This document shows, one piece after another, positions 10,932-21,385 of a stretch of 64,000 bases of DNA (within the stretch, counting starts at the first letter, position 1; each line of letters opens with the position of its first letter). Both the position numbers and the translations under genes were made by a program. Origin of the DNA: Microcoleus sp. (GTDB taxonomy: Bacteria > Cyanobacteriota > Cyanobacteriia > Cyanobacteriales > Microcoleaceae); the NCBI GenBank assembly GCA_042408215.1, contig JAYFMW010000005.1, positions 320,001-384,000 of the forward strand, in the 5' to 3' direction. The notes under the pieces were generated by a model. It was given only the letters and a program-made list of their open reading frames with translations, was not told where the DNA came from and ran no database searches.

Positions 10932-12917
10932 TTTAAGTAAGCCCACCTAAAAACCCATATCCCCGCAGGCTTTAAGAAGTCGGGGATCTAACAGCTATGG
11001 GATTTTACGTTTAATTAGAGCGATCTACTTATCGTAGGATTAATTTGTGGTTGTGAAAGTGTCAGAAAATTAACTTATGTTGAGTGCAGAAAGACTGTCA
11101 GAACAAGGTGTTTTTCCCGGAACGGTTGCGGGGATTTCGGCGGGAATTCCTGACCTCTTGGTTCCCAAGGAAGATCTGTTAAATCAGATGGCTGGAATCA
11201 AAGTCGGAGCCACAATGGCTGCGATAGATGCCAGGGATGATTTGACTCAAAAATCAGATTTTGGGGCTGCTGCGACGGTTGGTTCGATCGCCCTTTCTGA
11301 CAGTTTCTCCGATTTCGGCTTGCTGGTTCTAGGCGGCGACTCTCCTCAATTTGAAAATAGTCTCAAATCCCAGCCAGATATCTCCGGGAAAGTTCAACGA
11401 GACGAACTTACAGGGATGGATTTTGCGGTGGGCGATGGGGTTGGTGAACAATTGCGATCGGCATCCCGAACTGCTTCGCTAATCCCTTCAGAAAATGGGT
11501 CTTTTGATTTTCAAGATTATACCATCGAACACCAAGGTTTAAACACGCTCAACATCAAAGTTGATTACGAATTAAAACCGGGAATCGCCCAAGCAGAATA
11601 TCCCGATACTTGCTGCTATTTTATAAAAGTATAAACAATTTCCTAGTTAACTACCCGAACGAAACAGATTTCTGGGAAATTCTTAACAAAAATCTGACTC
11701 AAAAGGTGCTAGATGAAAATCCAGCACTGACAGATGTTGGCATTCAACTTGAAGTTTTGCCGACGAATCGATTACCTTACGATCGCACGAGCACAGTTTT
11801 CCGCAGCCGAGGGGGTAAATTACAGGAAGATTGGAATTTATCCTTGAACGACTACATCATAAATCACCAAGGATTGAACCAGATAAATCTCGATGTCAAT
11901 TACCAGTACAATCCGGGAATCACCACAGAAGAATATCCCGATACTTGCTGCTATTTTACAAGAGCATTGATAACTTTTTAACCAAATATCCGAAGGAAAC
12001 AGATTCCTGGGAAATTGTCAATAAAAAATTGACCAAAAATATCCTAGATGAAAATCCCGCCTTGGCGGCGATCGACATTAATTTAAGCGTTTTGCCAACC
12101 CCAGGATTGCCCTACAACCGTACCAGTAAAGTGAGCCGCACTCAAGCCAGCAATCCTCAAGGAACTTTTCTTGTCGGGAATACCAGGGGAAATAATGTAC
12201 TGCGATTTGACGGCAAAAATGGCAACTTTTTAGGGGAATTTATAACAGCGGGAAGTGGCGGTTTGTCAAATCCCGATACGATAATTTTCGGCCCAGACGG
12301 TAACGGTGACGGCAAATCCGACATTTACATTGCTAGCGGTGACAAAGCGGGAAATTCCGGCGAAGCCGCAGCATCTGCTGTGTTGCGGTACGACGGCATT
12401 ACAGGAGCATTTATTGACAAGTTTGTCGGCGACAATCCGAACACGGCGATCGATGAAACAGGCGGATTGTTTCGCCCTTATGGTTTAGCTTTTAGCCCGG
12501 ATGGGAATTTGTATGTCAGCAGTTTTTTGACTGACAAAATTCTCCGCTACAATGGCAAAACCGGGCAGTTTATTGATGTATTTGCTTCGGGAAATCAGCA
12601 AGGGGGAGGATTGAATGGGCCGAATGGTTTGTTGTTTGCTCCTGATGGCAATTTGTACGTGACAACGGAGGGGAGTATTGCTCGCGAGGGTCAAGCTGAT
12701 TTCAGCGCAAATTTACCCAGTCAGGTACTACGTTACAACCCGCAAACCAGGGAGTCAAGTATTTTTGCTTCCCCCGATCCTTCGCCTCGGAGTCAGGGTT
12801 TTGCGAGTCTTTTGGGAATGGCGATCGGGCCTGTTGATGGCGACATTTATGTGAGCGATTTTGCTAACGATATCAGGCGTTATAATCTAAAATTTGGGGA
12901 ATTAGTAGAGGTTTTAT

Positions 12918-14465
12918 AAGAAATACCCTGAAAACCCTGTGACTTTAGTCCAGGGATGAAAGGGCGTGGCAGGATAAATCCTGCCTGTTCGTAAGTTTCA
13001 AGATAACATAATGTTTAACCGTCCCCGGACAAATCCTTCTAGCAATTGAGACCAAGGTAAAGATTTGTTGAGGATTAATTAACTTGTTAATTCACGATAT
13101 ATACTAAACCTAGTATCATAACAGCCAGTAAATTAAATGTACGCAGTACAAAAAGATGTTTGGCATTTAAAAGGACTCGACAAAACCATTGTCGAACAAC
13201 TACTAAGATGGTCAAATAATCTGTTCAATGTCGGCACCTATGAAAGTCGGCAACAATACTTTAAGAACCCAAGCGTAGTTAAATATCCAGATTTGTATAA
13301 AATAGCCAAGACCAACGAAAATTACGGGTTGCTATACTCTCAAGTTGCCCAACAATCTCTTAAATCTGTCGCAGAATCTTTTACTTCTTTCCGAGCCTTA
13401 GAGAAGTTGGCAAATCAAGGAGAAATCCATCAAAAACCGAGAATACCAAGGTACAGAACCAAAGGGGGAATGTACCCCGTTTCATATCCCGGTCAAGCAT
13501 TAAAGGTAATTGGAAATAAAGTCAGATTACCCCTGGGGAAAAAAGGAAAAGAATACTTTGGGAAAGATGCGATTTGGGTGCCGCTACCTGAACGTATCAA
13601 GAATTGCCAGATCGAAGAACTCAGGTTAATCCCTAGAAATGGTGAGGTCTGGGTCGAATATGTCCACGAATCCCTGACTGAACAAGCCCCTAGTTGCAGC
13701 TTGGAAGTGACAGGGGTTCTGGGCATCGATCGCGGCATCAATAACTGGTTAACTTGTGTCTCTAGCAATGGTAAACCTTTCATCATTGATGGACTTAGAC
13801 TCAAGTCTTGGAACCAATGGTTTAATAAAGAAAAAGCGAGAGTTCAATCAGAACACGCAATACATAAACTGCCTAAAGGTTTCTCGTCAAAAAGATTGCA
13901 GCAGTTGTCGGAAACTCGCACTAGAAGGATGAGAGATGCTGTCAACAAAGCAGTTAGAACCATCGTAGATTATTGCGAAAATAACCAAATAAACGTCTTA
14001 GTCTTTGGCTGGAACAAGGCACAGAAGCAAGAGGTTAATATGGGGGTCGTAACTAATCAGAATTTTGTCCAAATACCCACAGCTAAAGTCAAAGATAGAC
14101 TCCAGCAAGAATGCGACTTAAGAGGGTGGCGATTTGTTGAACAAGACGAATCTTACACATCAAAAGCAAGTTTTTTAGACCGAGACATTTTGCCAGTAAA
14201 AGTCGGTGAAAAACCTGACAATTGGCAACCATCGGGTAAAAGAATCAAAAGAGGATTGTACTGTTCTAGCGCTGGGTTGTTAATCAATGCAGATGTTAAC
14301 GGTGCAGCCAATATCATTAGAAAGTCAAAAGTAGCCATAGACTCAATTCTTGAGCGAGTGGGTAGGGGGTTTCTGACTAACCCTTTAAGAATTAAACTTT
14401 GGGCGGATTCATCCCCCAAAGTTTGTCCTTAAGAATCCCCGTGTCTTTAGACCGGGGAGTGTCAA
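12918..14465 (+). mobile_element. IS200/IS605-family element (tnpB only) inserted in the propeller gene
   Basis: Follows TTTAT (12913-12917) and ends GGGGAGTGTCAA; removing it restores GTT TTA T|CT ACT AAT (VLSTN) in frame, with no target duplication. Confidence 0.9.
13137..14432 (+). CDS. tnpB: TnpB RNA-guided endonuclease
   Basis: GIDRG, QDESYTSKAS and NADVNGA motifs. Confidence 0.92.
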   Translation: MYAVQKDVWHLKGLDKTIVEQLLRWSNNLFNVGTYESRQQYFKNPSVVKYPDLYKIAKTNENYGLLYSQVAQQSLKSVAESFTSFRALEKLANQGEIHQKPRIPRYRTKGGMYPVSYPGQALKVIGNKVRLPLGKKGKEYFGKDAIWVPLPERIKNCQIEELRLIPRNGEVWVEYVHESLTEQAPSCSLEVTGVLGIDRGINNWLTCVSSNGKPFIIDGLRLKSWNQWFNKEKARVQSEHAIHKLPKGFSSKRLQQLSETRTRRMRDAVNKAVRTIVDYCENNQINVLVFGWNKAQKQEVNMGVVTNQNFVQIPTAKVKDRLQQECDLRGWRFVEQDESYTSKASFLDRDILPVKVGEKPDNWQPSGKRIKRGLYCSSAGLLINADVNGAANIIRKSKVAIDSILERVGRGFLTNPLRIKLWADSSPKVCP

Positions 14466-15424
14466 CTACTAATTATACTGAGACTTTACCCAGCAGCAAT
14501 TATCTGGGCGGTTTGGCTTTTTCGCCGATCGGCAATTTGTTTGCAGTTGGCTTCGACAACCGCGCCAATGCTAACGGTGCCGGTGCAGTTTTGCGCTACA
14601 ATGGCAAGACGGGCGACCCGCTGCCATTAGTTGCGAATCCTGGAACATTTCCCAGTCCTATTTTTGTCTCTCCCGACAGCAAGTTACAGCGTCCGATCGC
14701 GATTTCGTTCTTTCCGTCCGATGCTACATTGACCGAAAAGTGGAATTTTCCGATCGCCAATTACCCAATTAATCATCAAGGGTTAAAAAACCTGAATTTA
14801 GATGTAAATTACAAGTATCAAGATGGAATTAAAAATTTCCAGCATCCAGATTTTGTGCCAATTTACAAAACCCTTGACAATCAGTTAGTTAATTCCCAGA
14901 ATGAAACTGATGTTTCGGAAATAGTTAATAAAAAATTGACCCAAAAAGTGATAGAGTCAAGTATCCTAAACTTGACTCTGTGACTGTGAATTTGGATGTT
15001 TTGCCAACCCACCGATTACCTTACAATCGCAACAGTACAGTTACTCGCACTCAAGATGGTAAATTAGGGGAAGCCTGGGATTTCAAGTTGGCTAATTACT
15101 CGATCGATCGTCAGGGTTTGAACAACCTAAATATTGATGTCAAGTATCAGTACAAACCAGGAATTACCCAGGATGAATATCCCGACACTTGACTCTGTTT
15201 TACAAAAGCATTGACAATTTCTTGGCTAATTACCCCAATGAAACGGATGTCTGGGAGGTAGTGAATCAGAATTTGACCCAAAAGGTGCTAGCTGAAAATC
15301 CGGCTTTGGATTCGCTGCAAATTGGCCTTGATCTGTTGCCGACCAATAAATTACCTTACGACAGGGCAAGTATTGTGGCGATCGCTTAGCAACGGATCGG
15401 TGCTACTATATCAAACAGGACAAG

Positions 15425-15452
15425 GGCCCAATATTTGTTGGGCCTGTTTTTT
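15425..15452 (+). terminator. putative intrinsic terminator
   Basis: GGCCCAA...TTGGGCC stem followed by a T tract, just after the stop at 15389. Confidence 0.55.
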
Positions 15453-15874
15453 GGGGTGGTTGTGGCTAGAATCAACTTGTAGGGTGCTCTACTGCATTGT
15501 TGATTTCGATTTCAACAGGTTTGGACGCTCCGGAACACCCTACGCAACCAAGAAGCAGGAAGAAAACACGCCGATCTAGTCGCACGTCCAGATAAGTCGG
15601 GCTTTCTCTGAGCTGAGGTAAGTTTTTTAGAGTGGCGGAGGCAAAAGTGTATCTTTGGATAGATGTTTATTATACCAAAAAATATTTTATCCAGAGATGT
15701 ACACTGGCGATCGACTAGCAAATTGTGGCCGCAGGTAAAGCAGGCCACGAGACAAATTTTCACTTGTTTGTTGATGAACGATCAAAATTTAAGAAATAAT
15801 GGAAGTATTAGAGCTCGTTTGAATAACAGAACGCTTCCTCCTCCTATTTAAGTCAAAATATTTAAGTCAAAGGA

Positions 15875-18703
15875 TTGATTGTGAAAACCCTAAATATCCT
15901 CTTGGTAGAAGACAGTCCGCTGGATGCTGAACTGATTCAAGTCTATCTAATTGATGGTGGGATCGAGTACGATCTGCTGTGCGTGGAAACGCGGGAAGAG
16001 TTTGTCGCGGCACTGGAAAACAACAGTTTTGATATTATTTTGGCAGATTATATGCTGCCTGGGTTTAACGGGATAGCAGCGCTGGAAATAGCCCGGGCTA
16101 CTTGTCCGCAGCTACCGTTTATTTTTGTATCGGCTCCCTTTGATGAACAACTGGGCGAAGAAGTGGCGATCGAAACTTTGAAAAGTGGTGCTACAGATTA
16201 CGCGATCGAACCCCGTTTGACGAGGCTGGTGCCTTCAATTCAGCGGGCCATGCGGGAAGTTCAAGAACGGATGGAACGCAAGCAAGCCGAGGCACAGCGC
16301 CAAGACAGCGAAGATAGATTTCGGATCGTCGCAGACACCGCGCCGGTGATGATTTGGATGTCTGACACTGACAAACTTTGCGATTACTTTAACGAAGTTT
16401 GGCGATCGTTTACGGGCAGAACTTTGGAACAAGAAATGGGCAACGGTTGGATGGAAGGGGTACACCCAGACGATTTGCAACACTATCTGGAGACGCGCTC
16501 TGCTGCTTTCGAGGCCGAAGCCGAGTACCGCGCGGAGTACCGTCTGAGGCGCTTTGACGGCGAGTACAGGTGGGTTTTGGGTACGGGGGTACCCCGGTAC
16601 AGACCCGATGGCACTTTTGCAGGTTACATCGGTTCCTGCATTGATATTGGCGATCGCTTCCAAGCAGAACAAGAAGGCACCGCCACCTTGGTAAGAGAAC
16701 AAGTAGCCCGCGCCCAAGCGGAAGCGACAGCACAAGAACTGCTTGAGGCTAACTGGCGCATTACTAACATTCTCGAAACCATTAGCGACAGTTTTGTCAG
16801 CGTCGATTTGGAGTGGAAGTACACCTATGTCAACCGCAAAGCTCTTGAATTTTTGGGCAAGTCGAAAGCTGAGTTGATCGGCAAAAATATGTGGGAAGTG
16901 TTTCCTGATGCAGTTAATACCCCTGGTTACAAAATGGCTCAGAAAGCACTTGCCGAAGGCTTAACCCTGGAATATGAAGAATTCCATCCATTTCCGAATC
17001 AGTGGTTGGCAGTGCGCTGCTATCCGTCGGAGTATGGTTTGTCTATTTATTTCCAAGACATTACCGATCGCAAGCAAACAGAAGCAGCACTAAAAGCTAG
17101 CTCGGCCAAGCTGAGGTGTTTAGTAGAAGCTAACTTGATCGGAATTCTGTTCGGCGATGTTGACGGCGACATCAGCGAGGCAAATGACGAATTTTTGCGT
17201 ATGGTTGGCTACAGGCGGGAAGACTTGCAGGGCGGGAAAATCCGCTGGATTGACATTACGCCGCCGGAGTACCTGTCTCTCGACGAGATCAAGATTGCAG
17301 AGGCAAAAGCAACGGGGATTTGCACTCCTTACGAAAAGGAATACCTGCGGCCCGACGGCAGCCGAATTCCGGCGTTAGTGGGGTATATTTTGTTGGGGGA
17401 AAATCGGCAAGAATCTGTAGCTTTCATTCTCGATTTGAGCGAGAGAAAGCAGTTAGAAATAGAACTTCAGAATCGAGCCGAGGAGTTAGCCCGCGTCAAC
17501 CGGATTAAAGACGATTTTCTGGCTACTTTGTCCCACGAATTGCGGACACCGTTGAATGTCATCCTGGGGTGGACGCAACTGCTACGCTATCAGAAATTTG
17601 ACGAAACAACTACTGTTCGGGCTCTGGAAACGATCGACCGTAATAGCAGAGCCCTGGGGACACTAATCGAGGATTTGCTAGATGTGTCCCAGATTATTAC
17701 TGGTAAGTTACCTCTGAATTTCCGGTGTGTGGATTTGAGGCCAAGCATTCAGGCGGCGATTGACACTTGTGCACCCGCCGCTAGGGCAAAAAATATTGAA
17801 ATTGTCACCGAATTTGACCAGACAATCGGGCCAATTTACGGAGATTCGGAGCGCTTGCAGCAGGTGGCGTGGAATTTGATCTCGAACGCGATTAAGTTTA
17901 CTCCCCATGGCGGGGTGGTGGCAGTTGCTGTGAGGAAGGTGGAGGGCGCCTTTGCTACCAAGCTCCCAGAAAGGGAAAATTTGTTGCCAGCTGTTGTCGA
18001 AATTGAGGTAGAGGATACCGGAGGAGGGATTAGCCCGGAATTTTTACCTCGGGTTTTCGAGCGCTTCAGCCAAGCTGACAGTACGACAACCCGATCGTAC
18101 AACGGATTGGGCATGGGTTTGGCGATCGTCCGCCATTTGGTGGAAATGCACGGCGGTACGGTGAAAGCCGAATCTGCTGGGAATGGAAAAGGAGCGAGGT
18201 TTTTGGTGAAGCTGCCGATGCAACAGACAAAGGACGACTTTGCCTGTGTTGTGGCTGAGCCTGGGGAGTTTTTGATGCGACAAAAAAGCGCGATCGCGCC
18301 TGTAGATGAGTTGTTTGTCAGTACCAATCTTTCGGGAGTGCGGGTGTTGGTAGTCGATCGGGACGAAGATACCCGGAATTTTGCCCGTGCAGTCCTCGAA
18401 GATTGCGGAGCCGAGGTGGAGACCGTTGTCTCGGTAGCGGAGGTCTTGGAGGCGATGGAAAGGCTGAATCCTGATGTATTAGTGAGCGATATCGGGCTGC
18501 CGATGGCAGACGGCGACGACCTGCTCCGCCAGGTGCGATCGATTTGTGGCTGTGCCAAAATTCCGGCGGTAGCCTTCACAGCTTATGGCAGAGTTGAGGA
18601 ACGGGTTCGAGCCTTGCGAGAAGGCTTTCAACTTCATTTACCCAAGCCGATCGATCCTGCTGAGTTGGTGGCGGCTGTGGCAAGTTTGGTCATTAGTCAT
18701 TAG
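15875..18703 (+). CDS. hybrid sensor histidine kinase (REC-PAS x3-HisKA-HATPase-REC)
   Basis: LLVEDS receiver; PAS/PAC motifs; SHELRTPL, NAIKFT and GLGMGL; C-terminal receiver. The start may be GTG 15881. Confidence 0.95.
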   Translation: MIVKTLNILLVEDSPLDAELIQVYLIDGGIEYDLLCVETREEFVAALENNSFDIILADYMLPGFNGIAALEIARATCPQLPFIFVSAPFDEQLGEEVAIETLKSGATDYAIEPRLTRLVPSIQRAMREVQERMERKQAEAQRQDSEDRFRIVADTAPVMIWMSDTDKLCDYFNEVWRSFTGRTLEQEMGNGWMEGVHPDDLQHYLETRSAAFEAEAEYRAEYRLRRFDGEYRWVLGTGVPRYRPDGTFAGYIGSCIDIGDRFQAEQEGTATLVREQVARAQAEATAQELLEANWRITNILETISDSFVSVDLEWKYTYVNRKALEFLGKSKAELIGKNMWEVFPDAVNTPGYKMAQKALAEGLTLEYEEFHPFPNQWLAVRCYPSEYGLSIYFQDITDRKQTEAALKASSAKLRCLVEANLIGILFGDVDGDISEANDEFLRMVGYRREDLQGGKIRWIDITPPEYLSLDEIKIAEAKATGICTPYEKEYLRPDGSRIPALVGYILLGENRQESVAFILDLSERKQLEIELQNRAEELARVNRIKDDFLATLSHELRTPLNVILGWTQLLRYQKFDETTTVRALETIDRNSRALGTLIEDLLDVSQIITGKLPLNFRCVDLRPSIQAAIDTCAPAARAKNIEIVTEFDQTIGPIYGDSERLQQVAWNLISNAIKFTPHGGVVAVAVRKVEGAFATKLPERENLLPAVVEIEVEDTGGGISPEFLPRVFERFSQADSTTTRSYNGLGMGLAIVRHLVEMHGGTVKAESAGNGKGARFLVKLPMQQTKDDFACVVAEPGEFLMRQKSAIAPVDELFVSTNLSGVRVLVVDRDEDTRNFARAVLEDCGAEVETVVSVAEVLEAMERLNPDVLVSDIGLPMADGDDLLRQVRSICGCAKIPAVAFTAYGRVEERVRALREGFQLHLPKPIDPAELVAAVASLVISH

Positions 18704-18990
18704 TCATTAGTCATTAGTTATTAGTCATTAGTCATTAGTCATTAGTCATTAGTCATTAGTCATTAGTCATTAGTCATTAGTCATTAGTTATTGGTTAGTT
18801 GTTAGTTGTTAGTTGACGGTTGACTGTTGACTGTTGACTGTTGACTGTCTTAATGCCCCATGCCCCATGCCCCATGCCCCATGCCCCATGCCCCATGCCC
18901 CATGCCCCATGCCCCATGCCCCATGCCCCATCTTTGTTATTTGTTATTTGTTGGTTGTTCCTTCTAATAACCAATAACTAATAACCAATT
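18689..18990. repeat. compound heptamer STRR array (GTCATTA, GTTGACT, TGCCCCA)
   Basis: Long perfect tandem 7-mer runs. Confidence 0.95.
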
Positions 18991-18998
18991 CCCTTTAC

Positions 18999-20374
18999 CA
19001 AAAATTTGGGCGGAGCGTAGCGGAGGGCTAAAGCCCCGTCCTTCTAGGACGGCTTTAATTTCTACAAAGTGTAAATAATTATTAAACCTACGCACTTTTT
19101 GAACACAGTGCTTTGTGAAAATGATAGAATAATTGGCATGATAACATTAGAGTTTAAATTAAAAGGCAAATCGCAGCAATACCGGATTATCGACGAAATG
19201 ATCCGCACAGCGCAATTTGTCCGAAATAAAACTCTTAGACATTGGATCGACAATCAAGGAGTTAAGTTAGTCGATCTATACAAACAATGCGCCATCATGG
19301 CGAAAGAGTTTGAATGGGCGGGTAAGCTTAACTCAACGGCACGTCAAGCTTCGGCGGAACGTACCATTTTTGCTATCCAACGTTTTTTCTCAAATTGCCA
19401 AGCCCAAAAACCAGGAAAAAAAGGATACCCGCAGTTTAAGAAACACACCCGTTCCGTAGAGTACAAACAGTCCGGTTGGTCGCTTTCTAACGACAAAAGA
19501 TGCTTGACGTTTAAAGACGGCTTCGCTGCTGGAAAGTTCAAGTTAATCGGTAGTCGAGATTTGCACTTTTATGCGCCTGGTGAAATCAAACGAATCAGAG
19601 TAATCCGTCGTGCCGATGGCTACTACGCTCAGTTTTGTATCGACGTGGAACGGACAGAGGAAACAATTCCTACTGGCAAAGCCGTAGGGCTGGATGTAGG
19701 TTTAAACCATTTCTACACCGACAGTGCCGGGGCAACGGTTCCAAATCCTCGACATCTCCGTAAAACTGAAAAAGCTTTAAAACGAACACAGAAACGAGTT
19801 TCCAGAAAAAAGAAAGGTTCTAGTAATCGCAAAAAAGCTATCAACAGGTTGGGGAGAAAACACCTAAAAGTTAGTAGGGAACGCAAAGACTTCGCCATCA
19901 AGACGGCGTTGTGTGTAGTAAAATCTAACGATTTTGTAGCCTAGGTCGACCTTCAGGTAAAAAATATGGTGAAAAACCATAAGCTTGCAAAATCAATTAG
20001 CGATGCAGCTTGGTCGCAGACTTGATCATTATTTGCAATACTTTGGAAAAGTGTACGGTAAAACAGTAGTTGCTGTCAATCCTCAGTATACTTCCCAAGA
20101 TTGTTCAAGTTGTGGGAATCGTGTTAAGAAAACGCTATCAACTAGAACCCATATTTGCGGATGTGGGGCGGTATTAGACCGTGACCACAATGCAGCTCTG
20201 AATATTCTGGCAAAAGGATTGAAAGCCCGTGCAGGAATTAATCTAAATACGGTGGGGCACACCGGAATTAACGCTTGGGGACAGAACGACCTCTACTCGT
20301 TGGTGGTAGCATCAACGGGCAAGCCGACTGACTGAACCAAGAATCAAGAGTGCCTGATAGCCGAGGAGTGTCAA
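18999..20374 (+). mobile_element. IS200/IS605-family element, degenerate paralogue of 3397-4769
   Basis: Same left end after TTTAC (18994-18998); right end GAGGAGTGTCAA. Confidence 0.85.
19138..20335 (+). pseudogene. tnpB: tnpB pseudogene
   Basis: TAG at 19942-19944 with loss of the RuvC-II Glu codon, plus a +1 frameshift near 20020 relative to the intact copy. Confidence 0.9.
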
Positions 20375-20499
20375 AGAGGCGGATTTGTCAAGCCCCAAAA
20401 CTTTTAAACTTAACGGACGTTCCCAAAAAGCCAACTCCAGCCCCGTGCTTTCACACCTGGGTATGTCAGCAATTCGCCGATGGGAATGCGACTGAAGAT

Positions 20500-20694
20500 T
20501 CAACGGCTAGCTACCAGTTGAATCCTGCCTGCATCCATTTCATCCATCAATAACTCTAAAGCCTCATAATCAACATCAGAGATGTGACCGCTTCGGGTGA
20601 GTTCGTAATTGATTTCATTCTCAATGTCAGGCGTCAGCCGCTTGATGTAGAGAGCTTTTTCTACAAGTTTACGAATAGCATGAGTTGCTTGCAT
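20500..20694 (-). CDS. small hypothetical protein
   Basis: ATG start; IRKLVEKAL...DYEALELLM pattern resembling a small cyanobacterial protein family. Confidence 0.65.
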   Translation of the reverse strand: MQATHAIRKLVEKALYIKRLTPDIENEINYELTRSGHISDVDYEALELLMDEMDAGRIQLVASR

Positions 20695-21385
20695 AGTAGA
20701 TCATAGAACTCCGTATATTTCAATTTTCCTATGAATTCTCAATCCGGCGCGTGATCTGAATCAGAAGTAACAAGTGATTTCAATTACATTCTTGAAGTTT
20801 ACCGAAAGCATCCAGGGTAAAAAGCCCCCAGATTTATTCCTTCGCAGACTCAGGAACGGGTCGCTTTCTTTAATCTAAAATCTCAAATCTTAAATCGAAG
20901 TTACCTAACAGCTAGGGCAACTCTTGGCATTTTTGACAACGGCCAAGAGTAAATATCCGGCGATGAGTAAGAAACAGTAAGTAGAAGGAAGAAGGAAGAA
21001 GGAAGCAGGAAGAAGCAAGCAGGAAGAGTGCTTATATAGCAAGCTTTATTGCCATCTGTATCTGACGTTTAATGAGGTGGATTTACTGATTGAGTATTGG
21101 TTGAAAATGTACTAGGATCGGGATGATTCTAGAACTTAGTCAACTTGACAGAGTTTTTGAGAGATTTGATAATGCAGTGCGCTGAGCGTAGTCGAAGTGT
21201 CGAGATCTTTGAAGCTGAAAACCAGTGCCTAAACAGCCACGAGTAGAGGCGAGGCGAATTGGACAAGCGGGCAACAAAACCGATCGAATTCGGTGAAACG
21301 CCTGAAAATACAAGAACTACTCATGGCGTATTGGCAGATTTTAAGGTAAGCTCTTAGACAGTCGCAATTATTAGCGAGTCGAGCC

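Larger units (their letters stand above)
11077..15389 (+). pseudogene. disrupted large protein: four copies of a ~105-aa repeat domain flanking an NHL/YWTD-like beta-propeller
   Basis: ORF fragments 11077-11634, 11610-11981, 11831-12919, 14399-14983, 14980-15192 and 15189-15389 join into one protein after removing four +2 frameshifts and the IS at 12918-14465; propeller repeats such as PYGLAFSPDGNLYVS. Confidence 0.85.

Noticed and set aside
12918..14465. IStron (group I intron-IS hybrid) that could splice out of the propeller gene
   Set aside because: The element ends in TCAA rather than a terminal G, has only about 220 nt before tnpB with no recognisable intron core, and the host gene is frameshifted elsewhere.
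20015..20035. CAGACTTGATCA at the tnpB frameshift as a fifth motif site
   Set aside because: Only ACTTG matches; the GAY and CTRT parts are missing.
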